A stretch of DNA of 37,084 nucleotides from Cryomorphaceae bacterium (GCA_014384505.1 JACNFT010000040.1:1-37084), one strand, 5' to 3'. Counted from the first letter of the stretch, positions 17,820 to 28,135 are shown. Notes: generated by a model not told the origin, from the letters alone. Made by a program: numbers and translations.

Positions 17820-18779
17820 TTATTTATTAAAATGAGTATCAATTTGATCAGCCAATTCAGTGCCAATTCTATCTTGTGCTTCTAGTGTTGCTGCGCCAAT
17901 ATGAGGAGTAAGCGAAATTGCATTATGCATGCAAATATGTATGCTTGGAGTAGGTTCATTATCAAAAACATCAAGCCCAGCATAAGCTAGTTTTTCTTTG
18001 TCCAAAGCAAACATTAAAGCTGTTTCATCAATAACACCACCTCTAGCAGCATTCACAATTCCAGCTCCTGTTTTCATCATTCCTATTTCTTCTGCACCAA
18101 TTACAGCTTTGTTACCAATTTTAGGTACATGTAAAGTAATAAAATCAGAATTCTTTAGTACTTCCTTTAAACTTTCAGTTTCAATGGTGAATGATTTTTT
18201 ATCTCCATTAAAAAAGTCTAACGTTATGTTTGCCTCCTCAATAAATCTATCATGAGCAATTACTTTCATTCCAAGGCCTATTGCTCTTTTTGCAACTTCT
18301 TGTCCTATACGTCCAAAACCGATAATTCCTAGAGTTTTTCCTGCTAGTTCTCTTCCGTTAGCATATGATTTTTTTAAACTTCCAAAGTCAGCATCACCAA
18401 CCATTGGCATTTGACGATTACTATCAAAAAGGAAACGAACCATTCCAAAAAGTTGAGCAAAAACAAGTTCAGCTACTGATGATGAAGATGCTGCAGGTGT
18501 GTTAATTACATTAATGCCTTTCTCTTTTGCATAATCAACATCAATATTATCCATTCCAACACCACCTCTCCCTACTACTTTTAGATGTGGACAAGCATCA
18601 ATTAAATCCTTACGAACAGTAGTAGCACTTCTTACTAGAAGTACTTCATAGTTTTCTGAATTTATTGTTTTGATTAAATCATCTTGAGAAACATGTTCTG
18701 TTACTATTTGAAATCCTTTTTCTGTTAAAGCATCAATCCCGGCTTGCGAGATTCCATCATTTGCTAATATCTTAATCAT
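17820..18779 (-). CDS. serA: D-3-phosphoglycerate dehydrogenase (short, D-2-hydroxyacid dehydrogenase family)
   Basis: The NAD-binding motif GIIGFGRIGQEVAKRA, catalytic-region motifs (NAARGGVIDE, HIGAAT) and adjacency to serC support the call. Confidence 0.85.
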   Translation of the reverse strand: MIKILANDGISQAGIDALTEKGFQIVTEHVSQDDLIKTINSENYEVLLVRSATTVRKDLIDACPHLKVVGRGGVGMDNIDVDYAKEKGINVINTPAASSSSVAELVFAQLFGMVRFLFDSNRQMPMVGDADFGSLKKSYANGRELAGKTLGIIGFGRIGQEVAKRAIGLGMKVIAHDRFIEEANITLDFFNGDKKSFTIETESLKEVLKNSDFITLHVPKIGNKAVIGAEEIGMMKTGAGIVNAARGGVIDETALMFALDKEKLAYAGLDVFDNEPTPSIHICMHNAISLTPHIGAATLEAQDRIGTELADQIDTHFNK

Positions 18780-18780
18780 C

Positions 18781-19845
18781 TTAATTTTGTTCTAATTTTT
18801 TCATCATATCTATTAATACTTGTACACTTTCTATTGGCATTGCATTATACATGGAGGCTCTATATCCTCCAACTGACCTGTGTCCTTTAATACCACTTAT
18901 TCCTGCTGCATTCCATAAAGTGTTAAACGCATCTTCTTTACTACTATCATTTAACAAGAAACAAACATTCATATTTGAACGATCCTCCTTTGCTGCAGTT
19001 CCTTCAAATAATGGATTTCTATCAATCTCTGCATATAATAAGTCCGCTTTTTCCTGATTCATTTTTTCTATAACTTCAACTCCACCTAAATTCTTTAGCC
19101 ATTGTAGGGTAAGCATTGAAACATAAATAGGGAATACTGGAGGTGTATTGAACATACTATCTTTACTGATATGGGTATTATAGTCCAACATAGTTGGGAT
19201 ATTTCTGCCTGTTTTACCTAAAACCTCATCTTTTACAATTACTAAGGTTGTTCCAGCAGGGCCCATATTTTTTTGTGCCCCAGCATATATAATATCAAAT
19301 CTACTCACATCAATCCTTCTGCTAAAAATATCTGAACTCATGTCACAAACCATAAGGGTAGTAGAGTTAGGAAATTCCTTCATCTGCGTTCCGTAAATAG
19401 TATTGTTTGATGTACAATGAAAGTAATCTACATCACTAGGAATTTCATATCCTTTTGGAATATAATTATAGTTTGTGTCTGATGAATCACCTACAATAAT
19501 TACATCACCTAATTTTTTTGCTTCAGCAATAGCATTTTTAGCCCAAACTCCAGTATTGGTATAAGCTGCTTTCCCATTAATTTTCATAAGGTTAAAAGGA
19601 ACCATTAAAAATTCCATACTTGCCCCTCCTTGTAAAAATAAAACAGAATAACCTTTTGGAACATTTAAAAGTTCTTTTACCAATTCAACAGCCTTGTCCA
19701 TTACTGCAACAAAAGGTTTGCTTCTGTGTGAAATTTCAATTAATGATAAATTATCATTATTGAAATTAAGTATTGCATCTGAAGCTTGTTTTAAAACTTC
19801 TTGGGGTAAAATGCAAGGTCCTGCTGAAAAATTATGTTTTTTCAT
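18781..19845 (-). CDS. serC: 3-phosphoserine aminotransferase
   Basis: [23 protein letters not shown] and [18 protein letters not shown] (PLP-lysine region) are typical SerC motifs. Confidence 0.93.
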   Translation of the reverse strand: MKKHNFSAGPCILPQEVLKQASDAILNFNNDNLSLIEISHRSKPFVAVMDKAVELVKELLNVPKGYSVLFLQGGASMEFLMVPFNLMKINGKAAYTNTGVWAKNAIAEAKKLGDVIIVGDSSDTNYNYIPKGYEIPSDVDYFHCTSNNTIYGTQMKEFPNSTTLMVCDMSSDIFSRRIDVSRFDIIYAGAQKNMGPAGTTLVIVKDEVLGKTGRNIPTMLDYNTHISKDSMFNTPPVFPIYVSMLTLQWLKNLGGVEVIEKMNQEKADLLYAEIDRNPLFEGTAAKEDRSNMNVCFLLNDSSKEDAFNTLWNAAGISGIKGHRSVGGYRASMYNAMPIESVQVLIDMMKKLEQN

Positions 19846-19862
19846 ATTGTATCTATTTTTAT

Positions 19863-20429
19863 CTATTGTTTTACTCTTTCTATGTATGAACCTTTTTCAG
19901 TATCAATTTTTATTTTATCGCCCTCATTAATAAACAAAGGAACATTAATACTTGCTCCTGTTTCAGTAGTAGCAGGCTTAAAGGTATTGGTTGCCGTATT
20001 TCCTTTCATCCCAGGTTCAGTATGAGCTATTTCCAATTCTACATGTGATGGAAGTGTTGCTGATAAAGGCATTCCTTCATCAGCATGAAATAGAACCTCT
20101 ACATTTTCACCTTCTTTTAAGAATTGAACATTGTCAATAAAATCCTTAGCTAACATGATTTGCTCATAGTCATCATTGTTCATTAAATGGCAATCATTTC
20201 CTTCAAAATAAAGAAATTGATATTTTCTATTTTCTATTCGAATAATATCAATTTTAAAACCAGAAGTAAAGGTGTTATCTAAAAGCCTACCTGTATTTAA
20301 ATTTCTGATCTTAGTACGAACAAATGCAGGTCCTTTTCCTGGTTTAACATGCTGAAAGGATTCAATTTTCCAAGGCTCTCCATTATGATTAATACATAGT
20401 CCATTTCTAATATCTGCTGTAGTTGCCAT
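19863..20429 (-). CDS. efp: Elongation factor P
   Basis: 188 aa with TADIRNG...[18 protein letters not shown], the canonical EF-P N-terminal domain with the conserved loop Lys. Confidence 0.95.
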   Translation of the reverse strand: MATTADIRNGLCINHNGEPWKIESFQHVKPGKGPAFVRTKIRNLNTGRLLDNTFTSGFKIDIIRIENRKYQFLYFEGNDCHLMNNDDYEQIMLAKDFIDNVQFLKEGENVEVLFHADEGMPLSATLPSHVELEIAHTEPGMKGNTATNTFKPATTETGASINVPLFINEGDKIKIDTEKGSYIERVKQ

Positions 20430-20434
20430 ATTTT

Positions 20435-21217
20435 TTATTTTTGGTTATAACCTTTCATAATCCCTCTTCCTGAATTTTGAGCAAATGATATAATTTCATC
20501 ACGCTCAGGAGAAGCATTTATTTGGGTCTCAATTTGCAATAATGCTTGTGTATTATTATTATTATTTTGATATAATATTCGGAATATATCTTGAATTTCT
20601 TGTATTTTTTCACTTGAGAAACCCCTTCTTCTTAAGCCGATAGAGTTAATTCCTACAAATGAAAGTGGTTCTCGAGCTGCTTTTACAAAAGGGGGTACAT
20701 CTTTACGTACTAATGATCCACCAGAAATCATTGCATGCTTACCAATACTTACAAATTGATGTACAGCTGAAAGTCCTCCAATAATAGCATATTCACCTAT
20801 AGTCACATGACCACCAAGTGCTACACTATTTACAATGATGCAATTATCACCAATATTACAATCGTGTGCAATATGAGCATAGGCCATAATTAAACAATTT
20901 TTACCAATAATAGTTTTCCCTGTTATGGATGTTCCTCTATTTATCGTAGCACATTCTCTTACTGTAGTATTATCTCCTATAATAGCCAGTGATTTTTCAC
21001 CTTCAAACTTTAAATCTTGAGGTACTCCAGCAATAACAGCTCCAGGAAAAATCCTGCAATTTTCTCCAATTCTTGCTCCTTCCATAATAGTTACATTGGA
21101 ACCTATCCAAGTTCCTTTTCCAATTTCAACATTTTTTTCAATAGTAACAAAAGGATCAATTACAACATTGTCGGCAATTTTAGCATTAGGGTGTACATAC
21201 GAAAGTGGCTGTATCAT
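20435..21217 (-). CDS. lpxA: Acyl-ACP--UDP-N-acetylglucosamine O-acyltransferase
   Basis: Left-handed beta-helix hexapeptide repeats are followed by the LpxA C-terminal helical domain (NSIGLRRRGFS). It sits in the lpxD-lpxC/fabZ-lpxA cluster. Confidence 0.92.
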   Translation of the reverse strand: MIQPLSYVHPNAKIADNVVIDPFVTIEKNVEIGKGTWIGSNVTIMEGARIGENCRIFPGAVIAGVPQDLKFEGEKSLAIIGDNTTVRECATINRGTSITGKTIIGKNCLIMAYAHIAHDCNIGDNCIIVNSVALGGHVTIGEYAIIGGLSAVHQFVSIGKHAMISGGSLVRKDVPPFVKAAREPLSFVGINSIGLRRRGFSSEKIQEIQDIFRILYQNNNNNTQALLQIETQINASPERDEIISFAQNSGRGIMKGYNQK

Positions 21218-21220
21218 AGT

Positions 21221-22615
21221 TTATTTTTTAGGTGCTATTTGTGCTAACAAATCAGCTTCAACAACAATTTTTCCATTAACAAAACCTTTACCATGCATAT
21301 GGCAAAGCCCTCTTCTGATAGGTGAAATTAAATTTAATCTGAAAATAATAGTGTCTCCAGGAACAACTTTTTGTTTGAATTTAGCATTGTCAATTTTCAT
21401 AAAGAAAGTTAGATAATTTTCAGGGTTTTCAACGGTACTTAAAATTAAGACACCTCCTGCTTGCGCCATAGTTTCTAATTGCAAAACGCCAGGCATTACC
21501 GGTTCGCCAGGAAAATGGCCTTTGAAATAATCTTCATCAGCAGTAACAAATTTAGTTCCAACGATAAAATCTTTCCCTAAATCTCTTATTTCATCAATAA
21601 ATAAAAATGGATCTCTATGTGGTAAAATTGACATTATTTTATTTCTATCGTATAGAGGCGGTGTATTGAAATCAATTTCAGGTGGTGTTTTTTTATTATC
21701 TTCCATCATTATTTTTTTTAAATATTTTGCAAATTTTGTATTATTTTTATGCCCAGGTTTTGAAGCAGTAATCTTACCTTTAATAGGTAATCCTAAAAGA
21801 GATAAATCACCAATTACATCAAGTAATTTATGTCGTGCAGGTTCGTTTTTATGTCTTAATTTTAAATTATTGAGTACTCCTCCTTCCTCAACTTTTATGT
21901 CTGTTTTATTAAAAGCTTTAGCAAGTGCATTTAGTTTTTCATCTGAAATTTCTTCTTCTACAATAACTATAGCATTATTTACATCACCACCTTTTATAAG
22001 GTCGTTTTTTAATAATTCTTCTAACTCATGTAAAAAACAAAATGTACGGGATGAAGCAAAATTTCCTTTAAATTCTGATAAATCCTCAAGTGTAGCGGTT
22101 TGTATTCCTAAAACAGTAGAGTTGTAATCAATTTCTACTTCTATTTGGTAATTGTCAGCAGGTATTGCTGTGAATGTTGTTCCACTTTCAGGGTCAGTAA
22201 AACAAATTTTTCTTTTTATTTCAAAGAATTTTTTTCTTTCATTTAATTCTTGAATACCTACTTCTGATATTAATTCAGAAAACTGAATAGAACTCCCATC
22301 AAGAATTGGAACTTCCATATTGTCAACTTCAATTATTATATTATCAATTCCTTCAGCTACAATTGCAGCAAGTACATGTTCAACAGTATAAACTTCAGAA
22401 TTTTTAATTTTTAAATTGGTACTTCTATTGGTTGAAAAAACATAATCCACATTAGCAGGAATAGTTGGTTTTCCTTCTAAATCAGTCCTTATGAAACGGA
22501 TTCCAGTATTTGCTTTAGCAGGTACTAATGTTAAATTGGTATGGACGCCTGTATGAATCCCAACTCCTGAAATAGTAGCGCTATTTTTTATGGTTTTTTG
22601 ATTCATTTTAACCAT
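21221..22615 (-). CDS. lpxC/fabZ: Bifunctional UDP-3-O-acyl-GlcNAc deacetylase / 3-hydroxyacyl-ACP dehydratase (LpxC-FabZ fusion)
   Basis: The N-terminal LpxC domain (SGVGIHTG..., [12 protein letters not shown]) is fused to a C-terminal FabZ hot-dog domain ([11 protein letters not shown]...[15 protein letters not shown]). This fusion is characteristic of Bacteroidota. The start could be ATG 22615 or ATG 22606. Confidence 0.93.
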   Translation of the reverse strand: MVKMNQKTIKNSATISGVGIHTGVHTNLTLVPAKANTGIRFIRTDLEGKPTIPANVDYVFSTNRSTNLKIKNSEVYTVEHVLAAIVAEGIDNIIIEVDNMEVPILDGSSIQFSELISEVGIQELNERKKFFEIKRKICFTDPESGTTFTAIPADNYQIEVEIDYNSTVLGIQTATLEDLSEFKGNFASSRTFCFLHELEELLKNDLIKGGDVNNAIVIVEEEISDEKLNALAKAFNKTDIKVEEGGVLNNLKLRHKNEPARHKLLDVIGDLSLLGLPIKGKITASKPGHKNNTKFAKYLKKIMMEDNKKTPPEIDFNTPPLYDRNKIMSILPHRDPFLFIDEIRDLGKDFIVGTKFVTADEDYFKGHFPGEPVMPGVLQLETMAQAGGVLILSTVENPENYLTFFMKIDNAKFKQKVVPGDTIIFRLNLISPIRRGLCHMHGKGFVNGKIVVEADLLAQIAPKK

Positions 22616-23633
22616 TTATCTGTTTCTTTATAGTGTTAACTGTTCTATACAAATCAGGTAATTTTTTAAAAATGATGTAGGATCGTTGGAAATCCTTAAT
22701 GTCAAATGCCATAGGACCTTGAACAATTTTACCAACTTGTTTGATGCTTGAAGCAATACCACTTTGCCCAGCAATTTTGACTTCATCAGCAATTGTAAGA
22801 TGTCCTGAAACTGCTGTTTGTCCGCCAATCATGCAGTTTTTTCCAATTTTTGATGAACCTGCAATTCCTGCTTGAGCAGCAATTACAGTATGATCACCAA
22901 CTTCAACATTATGGGCTATCTGAATTAAGTTATCTAATTTAACTCCTTTCCCAATTTTTGTTGAACCCATAGTTGCTCTGTCGATAGTTGTATTGGCTCC
23001 AATTTCAACATCATCACCAATAATTACATTTCCTATTTGGCTAATTTTATCGTAATTATTTTCAGCATTTGGAGCGAAACCAAAACCATCTGAACCAATA
23101 ACGACACCTGAATGAATGATATTATTGCCTCCTATTTTGCAGTTATGATAAATAGAAACATTTGGATAAATAATACTGTTATCACCAATCGTAACATTTT
23201 TACCAATATAGCAGTTAGGGTGAATCTTAACATTATTTCCAATAGTAACCCCTTCACAAATAGAAGTAAAAGCTCCTACAAATACAGCATCTCCAATTGA
23301 ACAATTTTCATCAATATCTGCCTTCTTAGAAATACCAACCTCATTAAATTGCATTTTATTATATAATTCAAGTAACTGACTAAAAGAAGAATAAGCATCT
23401 TCAACTTTTATTAAAGTGGATGTAATTTCTGTGTCAGAAATAAAAGAAGTGTTAACAATAATAATTGAAGCTTTTGTGGTATAAATATAAGGTGTATACT
23501 TTTCGTTAGCAAGAAAACATAAGTCTCCTTTCTTTCCTTCTTCAATTTTAGCTAATGAATTTACTTCAACTTCAGCATTTCCTACTATTTCTCCATTAAG
23601 TATTTCAGCGATTTGTTGGGCAGTAAATTTCAT
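22608..23633 (-). CDS. lpxD: UDP-3-O-(3-hydroxyacyl)glucosamine N-acyltransferase
   Basis: The N-terminal LpxD domain ([19 protein letters not shown]) is followed by extensive hexapeptide repeats; cluster context supports the call. Confidence 0.92.
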   Translation of the reverse strand: MKFTAQQIAEILNGEIVGNAEVEVNSLAKIEEGKKGDLCFLANEKYTPYIYTTKASIIIVNTSFISDTEITSTLIKVEDAYSSFSQLLELYNKMQFNEVGISKKADIDENCSIGDAVFVGAFTSICEGVTIGNNVKIHPNCYIGKNVTIGDNSIIYPNVSIYHNCKIGGNNIIHSGVVIGSDGFGFAPNAENNYDKISQIGNVIIGDDVEIGANTTIDRATMGSTKIGKGVKLDNLIQIAHNVEVGDHTVIAAQAGIAGSSKIGKNCMIGGQTAVSGHLTIADEVKIAGQSGIASSIKQVGKIVQGPMAFDIKDFQRSYIIFKKLPDLYRTVNTIKKQING

Positions 23634-23672
23634 GTTGCAAATCTAATAATTTTAATTATCCTATAGGGCTGA

Positions 23673-24905
23673 TTATTTCAGTTTAGGATAACACAGAAAA
23701 TACTTATTTATTGTTTTTTTTAAAGCATCAATATTAAATTGACCTGAAGCAGAAGTAATGTCAATAACATCACCATTTTTCATTAAGATATTAATGTTTG
23801 CTTTTTCAATATTATAGGTGCTATTACTAACTTTATCAGAGAAAATAAAATATTCTGCCTCTTGTTTACTAATGTTGTAAGATTTTTTTACTGTATCTAT
23901 TTCGGTCTCTATTTCAGATGCTGTAAATGCAGTGTTTTGTACTTTTATTTTTAATAAATTACGGTTTAGAATCATCTTTGATAATGACGATAAAACAAAA
24001 TCAGGATTATTTTTCCAATATTTTAATGAGGAATAGATATCAAAATCATCTAATTCAGCAAAGTCATTTAGCAATTTTGTATTATTTTCAAAATCGATAA
24101 TTGTATAATTATTTTTCAGAAATTCACTAAGATAAGGGTTTGCATAAACTTCTTTTCCATCATTTAATAATTCTTTTGCTCTTTGAAGTGTTTTAATGAG
24201 CATATTTTCGGCCGATACTACTGTTTTATGAAGATAAACTTGCCAGTACATTAATCTTCTAGCGATTAGAAATTTTTCAATAGAATAGATTCCTTTTTCT
24301 TCCACTACTAATTTGTCATCCACTACATCTAACATGTTTATAATGCGTTCAGTACCTATATTCCCTTCTGTTACTCCTGTAAAAAAACTATCTCTTTTTA
24401 AATAATCTAAACGATCCATGTCAAGTTGTGAGGATACAAGTTGATGTAAAAATTGCTTTGGATATTTGTTTTGAAATATTTCAATAGTTAAAGATAATTT
24501 TCCGTTAAATTGCTCGTTTAACCTTTGCATAAACAATAAGGATAGATGCTCGTGAGGGATGTTTGAAGTGATAGAATGTTCCAATGCGTGGGAAAAAGGA
24601 CCATGACCAATGTCATGCAAAAGAATAACAATTTTTAAGGCTTCAGCCTCAGCCTCAGTTATTTCATGTCCTTTATTTCTGATTTGATTAATGGCCTTAT
24701 TCATAAGGTGCATACATCCAATTGCATGATGAAATCGAGTATGATGAGCACCAGGGTAAACTAGGTAAGAAAGTCCTAATTGAGCTATTTTTCGTAATCT
24801 TTGAAAATAAGGGTGGTCAATTAAGTCAGTAATAATACCTTTATCAAGTTTTACAAAGCCATAAATTGGGTCGTTAATTATTTTGTCTTTTTTTCTGTTT
24901 AGCAT
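23673..24905 (-). CDS. HD-domain phosphohydrolase, dNTP triphosphohydrolase-like (SAMHD1/EF1143-like motifs)
   Basis: The HD motifs HHTRFHHAIGCMHL ... ILLHDIGHGPFSHALEH ... QLDMDRLDYLKRD are characteristic of the HD dNTPase-like family. Activity not determinable from sequence. Confidence 0.7.
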   Translation of the reverse strand: MLNRKKDKIINDPIYGFVKLDKGIITDLIDHPYFQRLRKIAQLGLSYLVYPGAHHTRFHHAIGCMHLMNKAINQIRNKGHEITEAEAEALKIVILLHDIGHGPFSHALEHSITSNIPHEHLSLLFMQRLNEQFNGKLSLTIEIFQNKYPKQFLHQLVSSQLDMDRLDYLKRDSFFTGVTEGNIGTERIINMLDVVDDKLVVEEKGIYSIEKFLIARRLMYWQVYLHKTVVSAENMLIKTLQRAKELLNDGKEVYANPYLSEFLKNNYTIIDFENNTKLLNDFAELDDFDIYSSLKYWKNNPDFVLSSLSKMILNRNLLKIKVQNTAFTASEIETEIDTVKKSYNISKQEAEYFIFSDKVSNSTYNIEKANINILMKNGDVIDITSASGQFNIDALKKTINKYFLCYPKLK

Positions 24906-24958
24906 ATAAGCAAATAACGGAATTTTTTTAATTTTTGTAAACTATAAACAAATAAAAT

Positions 24959-26503
24959 ATGATAAGAATACTTTGGGCAGATGATGAAATTGATTTATTA
25001 AAACCGCACATTATTTATTTAGAAGGAAAAGGATATAATGTCACTCCAGCAAAAAGTGGAGATGAGGCTTTGGATTTGATGGGAGAAAACAATTTTGATC
25101 TCATTTTTTTAGATGAGAATATGCCAGGACTTTCTGGGCTTGAAACGTTAACGATTCTTAAGGAAAAGTATGCTAATACTCCTGTGATAATGATAACTAG
25201 AAGTGAAGAGGAAAGTATTATGGAGGAAGCAATTGGTTCAAAAATTGCGGATTATTTAATTAAACCTGTCAATCCAAGTCAGATTTTATTGGCTATAAAA
25301 AAGAACATAGATACCAATCGTTTGGTGGAGGAAAAGACTACAAGTAATTATCAGCAAGAGTTTAGAAAGATAAGTATGTCCTTATCCTCATTTTTAAATA
25401 AGGAAGAATGGTATGAGATTTATAAAAAGCTAACTTATTGGGAGTTAGAATTAGATAAGTTAGGAGATAAAAGTGTTGAGCAAATTCTAGCTATGCAAAA
25501 AACTGAAGCAAATACACAGTTTTTCAGGTTTATAAAAAATAATTATAAGGATTGGATTAGAGGACAAGATGCTCCTTTAATGTCACATAATTTGATACGT
25601 AAAAAGGTGTTGCCACATATGGAGGAAAATAAACCTACTTACCTTATTGTCATTGACAACCTCAGGTACGATCAATGGAAAATTATTGAGCCATCAGTTT
25701 TGGAGGACTTTAAGGTTATAAATGATGAAATGTATACCAGCATTTTGCCTACTGCAACCCAATATGCACGTAATGCTATTTTCTGTGGTTTGTTGCCTTC
25801 TGAAATTCAAAAACGCTTTCCTAATATGTGGATGAATGATGAGGATGAAGGAGGTAAAAATATGTTTGAAGCAGAATTTTTAGCTGATAATTTACAACGA
25901 TTAGGGAAAGGGAGTAGCAAACATTCTTATACTAAAATTACTAATATTGATGCGGGAAGAAAAGTTGTCAGTAAAATTCCAAATATGAAACATAATGAAT
26001 TGAATGTGATTGTTTATAATTTTGTAGATATGCTTTCTCATGCCCGTACTGATATGAAGGTAATTAAAGAGTTGGCTGATGATGATTCGGCATATCGTTC
26101 ACTTACTGCATCATGGTTTTCCCATTCTCCATTAAAAGATATAATGAAACAAATTGCCAAACAAAAAGCAAATCTTATTATTACTACTGATCATGGAACA
26201 ATTAATGTTAATAAACCATCAAGAGTTATTGGTGATAGAGATGTAAATGCAAACTTAAGATACAAGCAAGGTAAAAATCTGGATTTTCAGAAAGGAGATG
26301 TGCTAGAAATAGATAAACCCTTGGAATGTTATTTGCCAATTCAGAATGTAAGTAGTAAATATATTTTTGCAAAAGAGGATATGTATTTTGTGTATCAAAA
26401 TAATTTCAATCATTATGCTAAGTTTTATAAAAACACCTATCAGCATGGTGGAATTTCAATGGAGGAGATGTTAATTCCTGTCATTACTTTAAAGTCAAAA
26501 TAA
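24959..26503 (+). CDS. porX: Response regulator with receiver domain fused to a PglZ/alkaline-phosphatase-like domain (PorX-type T9SS regulator)
   Basis: The N-terminal CheY-like receiver (ILWADDE..., DLIFLDENMPGLSG, ADYLIKP) is followed by a C-terminal PglZ-type domain of about 350 aa (VIDNLRYDQW..., NFVDMLSH..., TTDHG). The length of 514 aa and this architecture match PorX. Confidence 0.8.
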   Translation: MIRILWADDEIDLLKPHIIYLEGKGYNVTPAKSGDEALDLMGENNFDLIFLDENMPGLSGLETLTILKEKYANTPVIMITRSEEESIMEEAIGSKIADYLIKPVNPSQILLAIKKNIDTNRLVEEKTTSNYQQEFRKISMSLSSFLNKEEWYEIYKKLTYWELELDKLGDKSVEQILAMQKTEANTQFFRFIKNNYKDWIRGQDAPLMSHNLIRKKVLPHMEENKPTYLIVIDNLRYDQWKIIEPSVLEDFKVINDEMYTSILPTATQYARNAIFCGLLPSEIQKRFPNMWMNDEDEGGKNMFEAEFLADNLQRLGKGSSKHSYTKITNIDAGRKVVSKIPNMKHNELNVIVYNFVDMLSHARTDMKVIKELADDDSAYRSLTASWFSHSPLKDIMKQIAKQKANLIITTDHGTINVNKPSRVIGDRDVNANLRYKQGKNLDFQKGDVLEIDKPLECYLPIQNVSSKYIFAKEDMYFVYQNNFNHYAKFYKNTYQHGGISMEEMLIPVITLKSK

Positions 26504-26923
26504 ATGAGTAAAACCTTTTTTGCTGAAAACTTAGAACAGTTAAATTCTATTGCTAAGCAAATATTAGATTATACTTCAACTCATAGAAAGTTTGCCTTTT
26601 ATGCAGAAATGGGAGTAGGCAAGACTACATTAATAAAAGCCTTATCTTTGCAGTTAGGAGTTACTGATATAGTGAGTAGTCCTACTTTTTCTATTGTCAA
26701 TGAATATCAAGCTGATGAGAACACAAAAATTTATCACTTTGATTTTTATAGAATAGAGGATGAAAAGGAAGCTTATGATATGGGTTATGAAGAATATTTT
26801 TTTAGTAGTGCTTATTGTTTTATAGAATGGTCAGAAAAAATTCCTAATTTGATTGAAGATGATATGGTGCAAATAAAAATGAGTATTGTAGGAAATACAA
26901 GAAAGATTGAAGTAATAATTTAA
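26504..26923 (+). CDS. tsaE: tRNA t6A37 biosynthesis ATPase TsaE
   Basis: 139 aa with the P-loop AEMGVGKTTLIKAL, SPTFSIVNEY and HFDFYR motifs of TsaE/YjeE. Confidence 0.9.
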   Translation: MSKTFFAENLEQLNSIAKQILDYTSTHRKFAFYAEMGVGKTTLIKALSLQLGVTDIVSSPTFSIVNEYQADENTKIYHFDFYRIEDEKEAYDMGYEEYFFSSAYCFIEWSEKIPNLIEDDMVQIKMSIVGNTRKIEVII

Positions 26924-26925
26924 CT

Positions 26926-28131
26926 ATGAAAAAAGAAAAAATATTTAGTTCATTTGGAATACTTCCTAAAGAGGAAATGCTTGAAGTAAAACCAAATTTT
27001 AAGCAGTTGCAAATAGGAATTCCTAAGGAATCCTCATTTCAAGAAAACAGAGTAAGCTTAACGCCTGATTCTGTTGGGTTATTAATTGCAAACGGTCACA
27101 GTGTAATTATTGAAAAAGGAGCAGGTTTAGCTTCCAATTTTCAGGACAAAGAATATACTGATAGAGGGGCTGAATTAGCCTATTCTAAAGAAGAAGTTTT
27201 TAAAGCAAATTTTATCTTAAAAATTGAACCCCCAACTCAAGAAGAATTAACTTTAATGCAAAGAGGTCAGCAGCTCATTTCAGCTGTACAAATGAGTACA
27301 CAAACGGCCACTTATTTTAAAACTTTGATAAAGAAAAATATTACCGCTTTTGGTTTTGAGTTTATAAAAAATGAACAAAATAAATTACCTATTGTTAGGA
27401 GTATGAGTGAAATTGCAGGTAATACTGCTTTGTTAATTGCTGGAGAATACTTGTCCAACACAAAAAACGGTAAAGGTTTGATGTTAGGTGGTATTTCAGG
27501 ATTATTGCCAACAAATGTTGTGGTAATAGGTGCGGGTACGGTAGGAGAGTATGCCTGCCAAACTTCTTTAGGATTAGGAGCTTCAGTTATTGTGTTTGAT
27601 GATTCAGTTACTAAGCTAAGAAGACTGCAAAACAATATTAAGCAAAGAATTTCTACTTCAACTTTACAACCTAAAGCATTGGGCAAAGCTTTGAAAAGAG
27701 CAGATGTCGTAATTGCTGCTTTGCGAATAGGTGATGGGAAAGTACCTTGTATAGTAAGTGAAGAGATGGTGAGTGAAATGAAAAAAGGTTCAGTAGTGGT
27801 TGATGTAAGTATTGATCAAGGAGGGTGTTTTGAAACTTCTCAAATTACTACACATAAAAACCCAACTTTTATAAAGCATGGTGTTGTTCATTATTGTGTG
27901 CCTAATATAGCATCAAGAGTTTCGCGTACAGCATCAATGGCGATTTCTAATATTTTAACCCCTATTTTGTTACGTATTGCTGAAGAGGGTGGAGTGGAAC
28001 ACACCATAAGAAAATATGAATGTTTAAGAAATGGAGTATATACTTGTCATGAAAATTTAACCAATAAAATGCTAAGTAAGAATTTTAATATTCCTTTTGT
28101 AGATTTAGATTTAATAATGACAAGTAGATAA
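26926..28131 (+). CDS. ald: Alanine dehydrogenase / PNT-alpha family NAD-dependent dehydrogenase
   Basis: IGIPKESSFQENRVSLTP, the Rossmann motif VVVIGAGTVGEYA, and VVDVSIDQGGCFETS...HYCVPNIAS match the AlaDH family. It carries an N-terminal extension of about 28 aa relative to typical Ald. Confidence 0.7.
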   Translation: MKKEKIFSSFGILPKEEMLEVKPNFKQLQIGIPKESSFQENRVSLTPDSVGLLIANGHSVIIEKGAGLASNFQDKEYTDRGAELAYSKEEVFKANFILKIEPPTQEELTLMQRGQQLISAVQMSTQTATYFKTLIKKNITAFGFEFIKNEQNKLPIVRSMSEIAGNTALLIAGEYLSNTKNGKGLMLGGISGLLPTNVVVIGAGTVGEYACQTSLGLGASVIVFDDSVTKLRRLQNNIKQRISTSTLQPKALGKALKRADVVIAALRIGDGKVPCIVSEEMVSEMKKGSVVVDVSIDQGGCFETSQITTHKNPTFIKHGVVHYCVPNIASRVSRTASMAISNILTPILLRIAEEGGVEHTIRKYECLRNGVYTCHENLTNKMLSKNFNIPFVDLDLIMTSR

Positions 28132-28135
28132 TATT

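Noticed and set aside
20552-20566. (ATT)5 trinucleotide microsatellite inside lpxA (encodes NNNNN) as a phase-variation switch
   Set aside because: It is in frame, so slippage would only change the Asn count in a C-terminal loop. Five units is short, and AT-rich genomes produce such runs by chance.
23673-24905. HD dNTPase-like gene as an anti-phage dNTP-depletion defence gene
   Set aside because: It is embedded in a core operon with lpxD/lpxC-fabZ/lpxA/efp, with no island hallmarks such as mobility genes, flanking repeats or a visible compositional shift. A housekeeping role is more parsimonious.
24959-26503. PglZ domain as a marker of a BREX/phage-defence system
   Set aside because: The PglZ-like domain is fused to a receiver domain, which is the PorX architecture. 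None of the other BREX genes (pglX methyltransferase, brxC ATPase, brxL and so on) are nearby.
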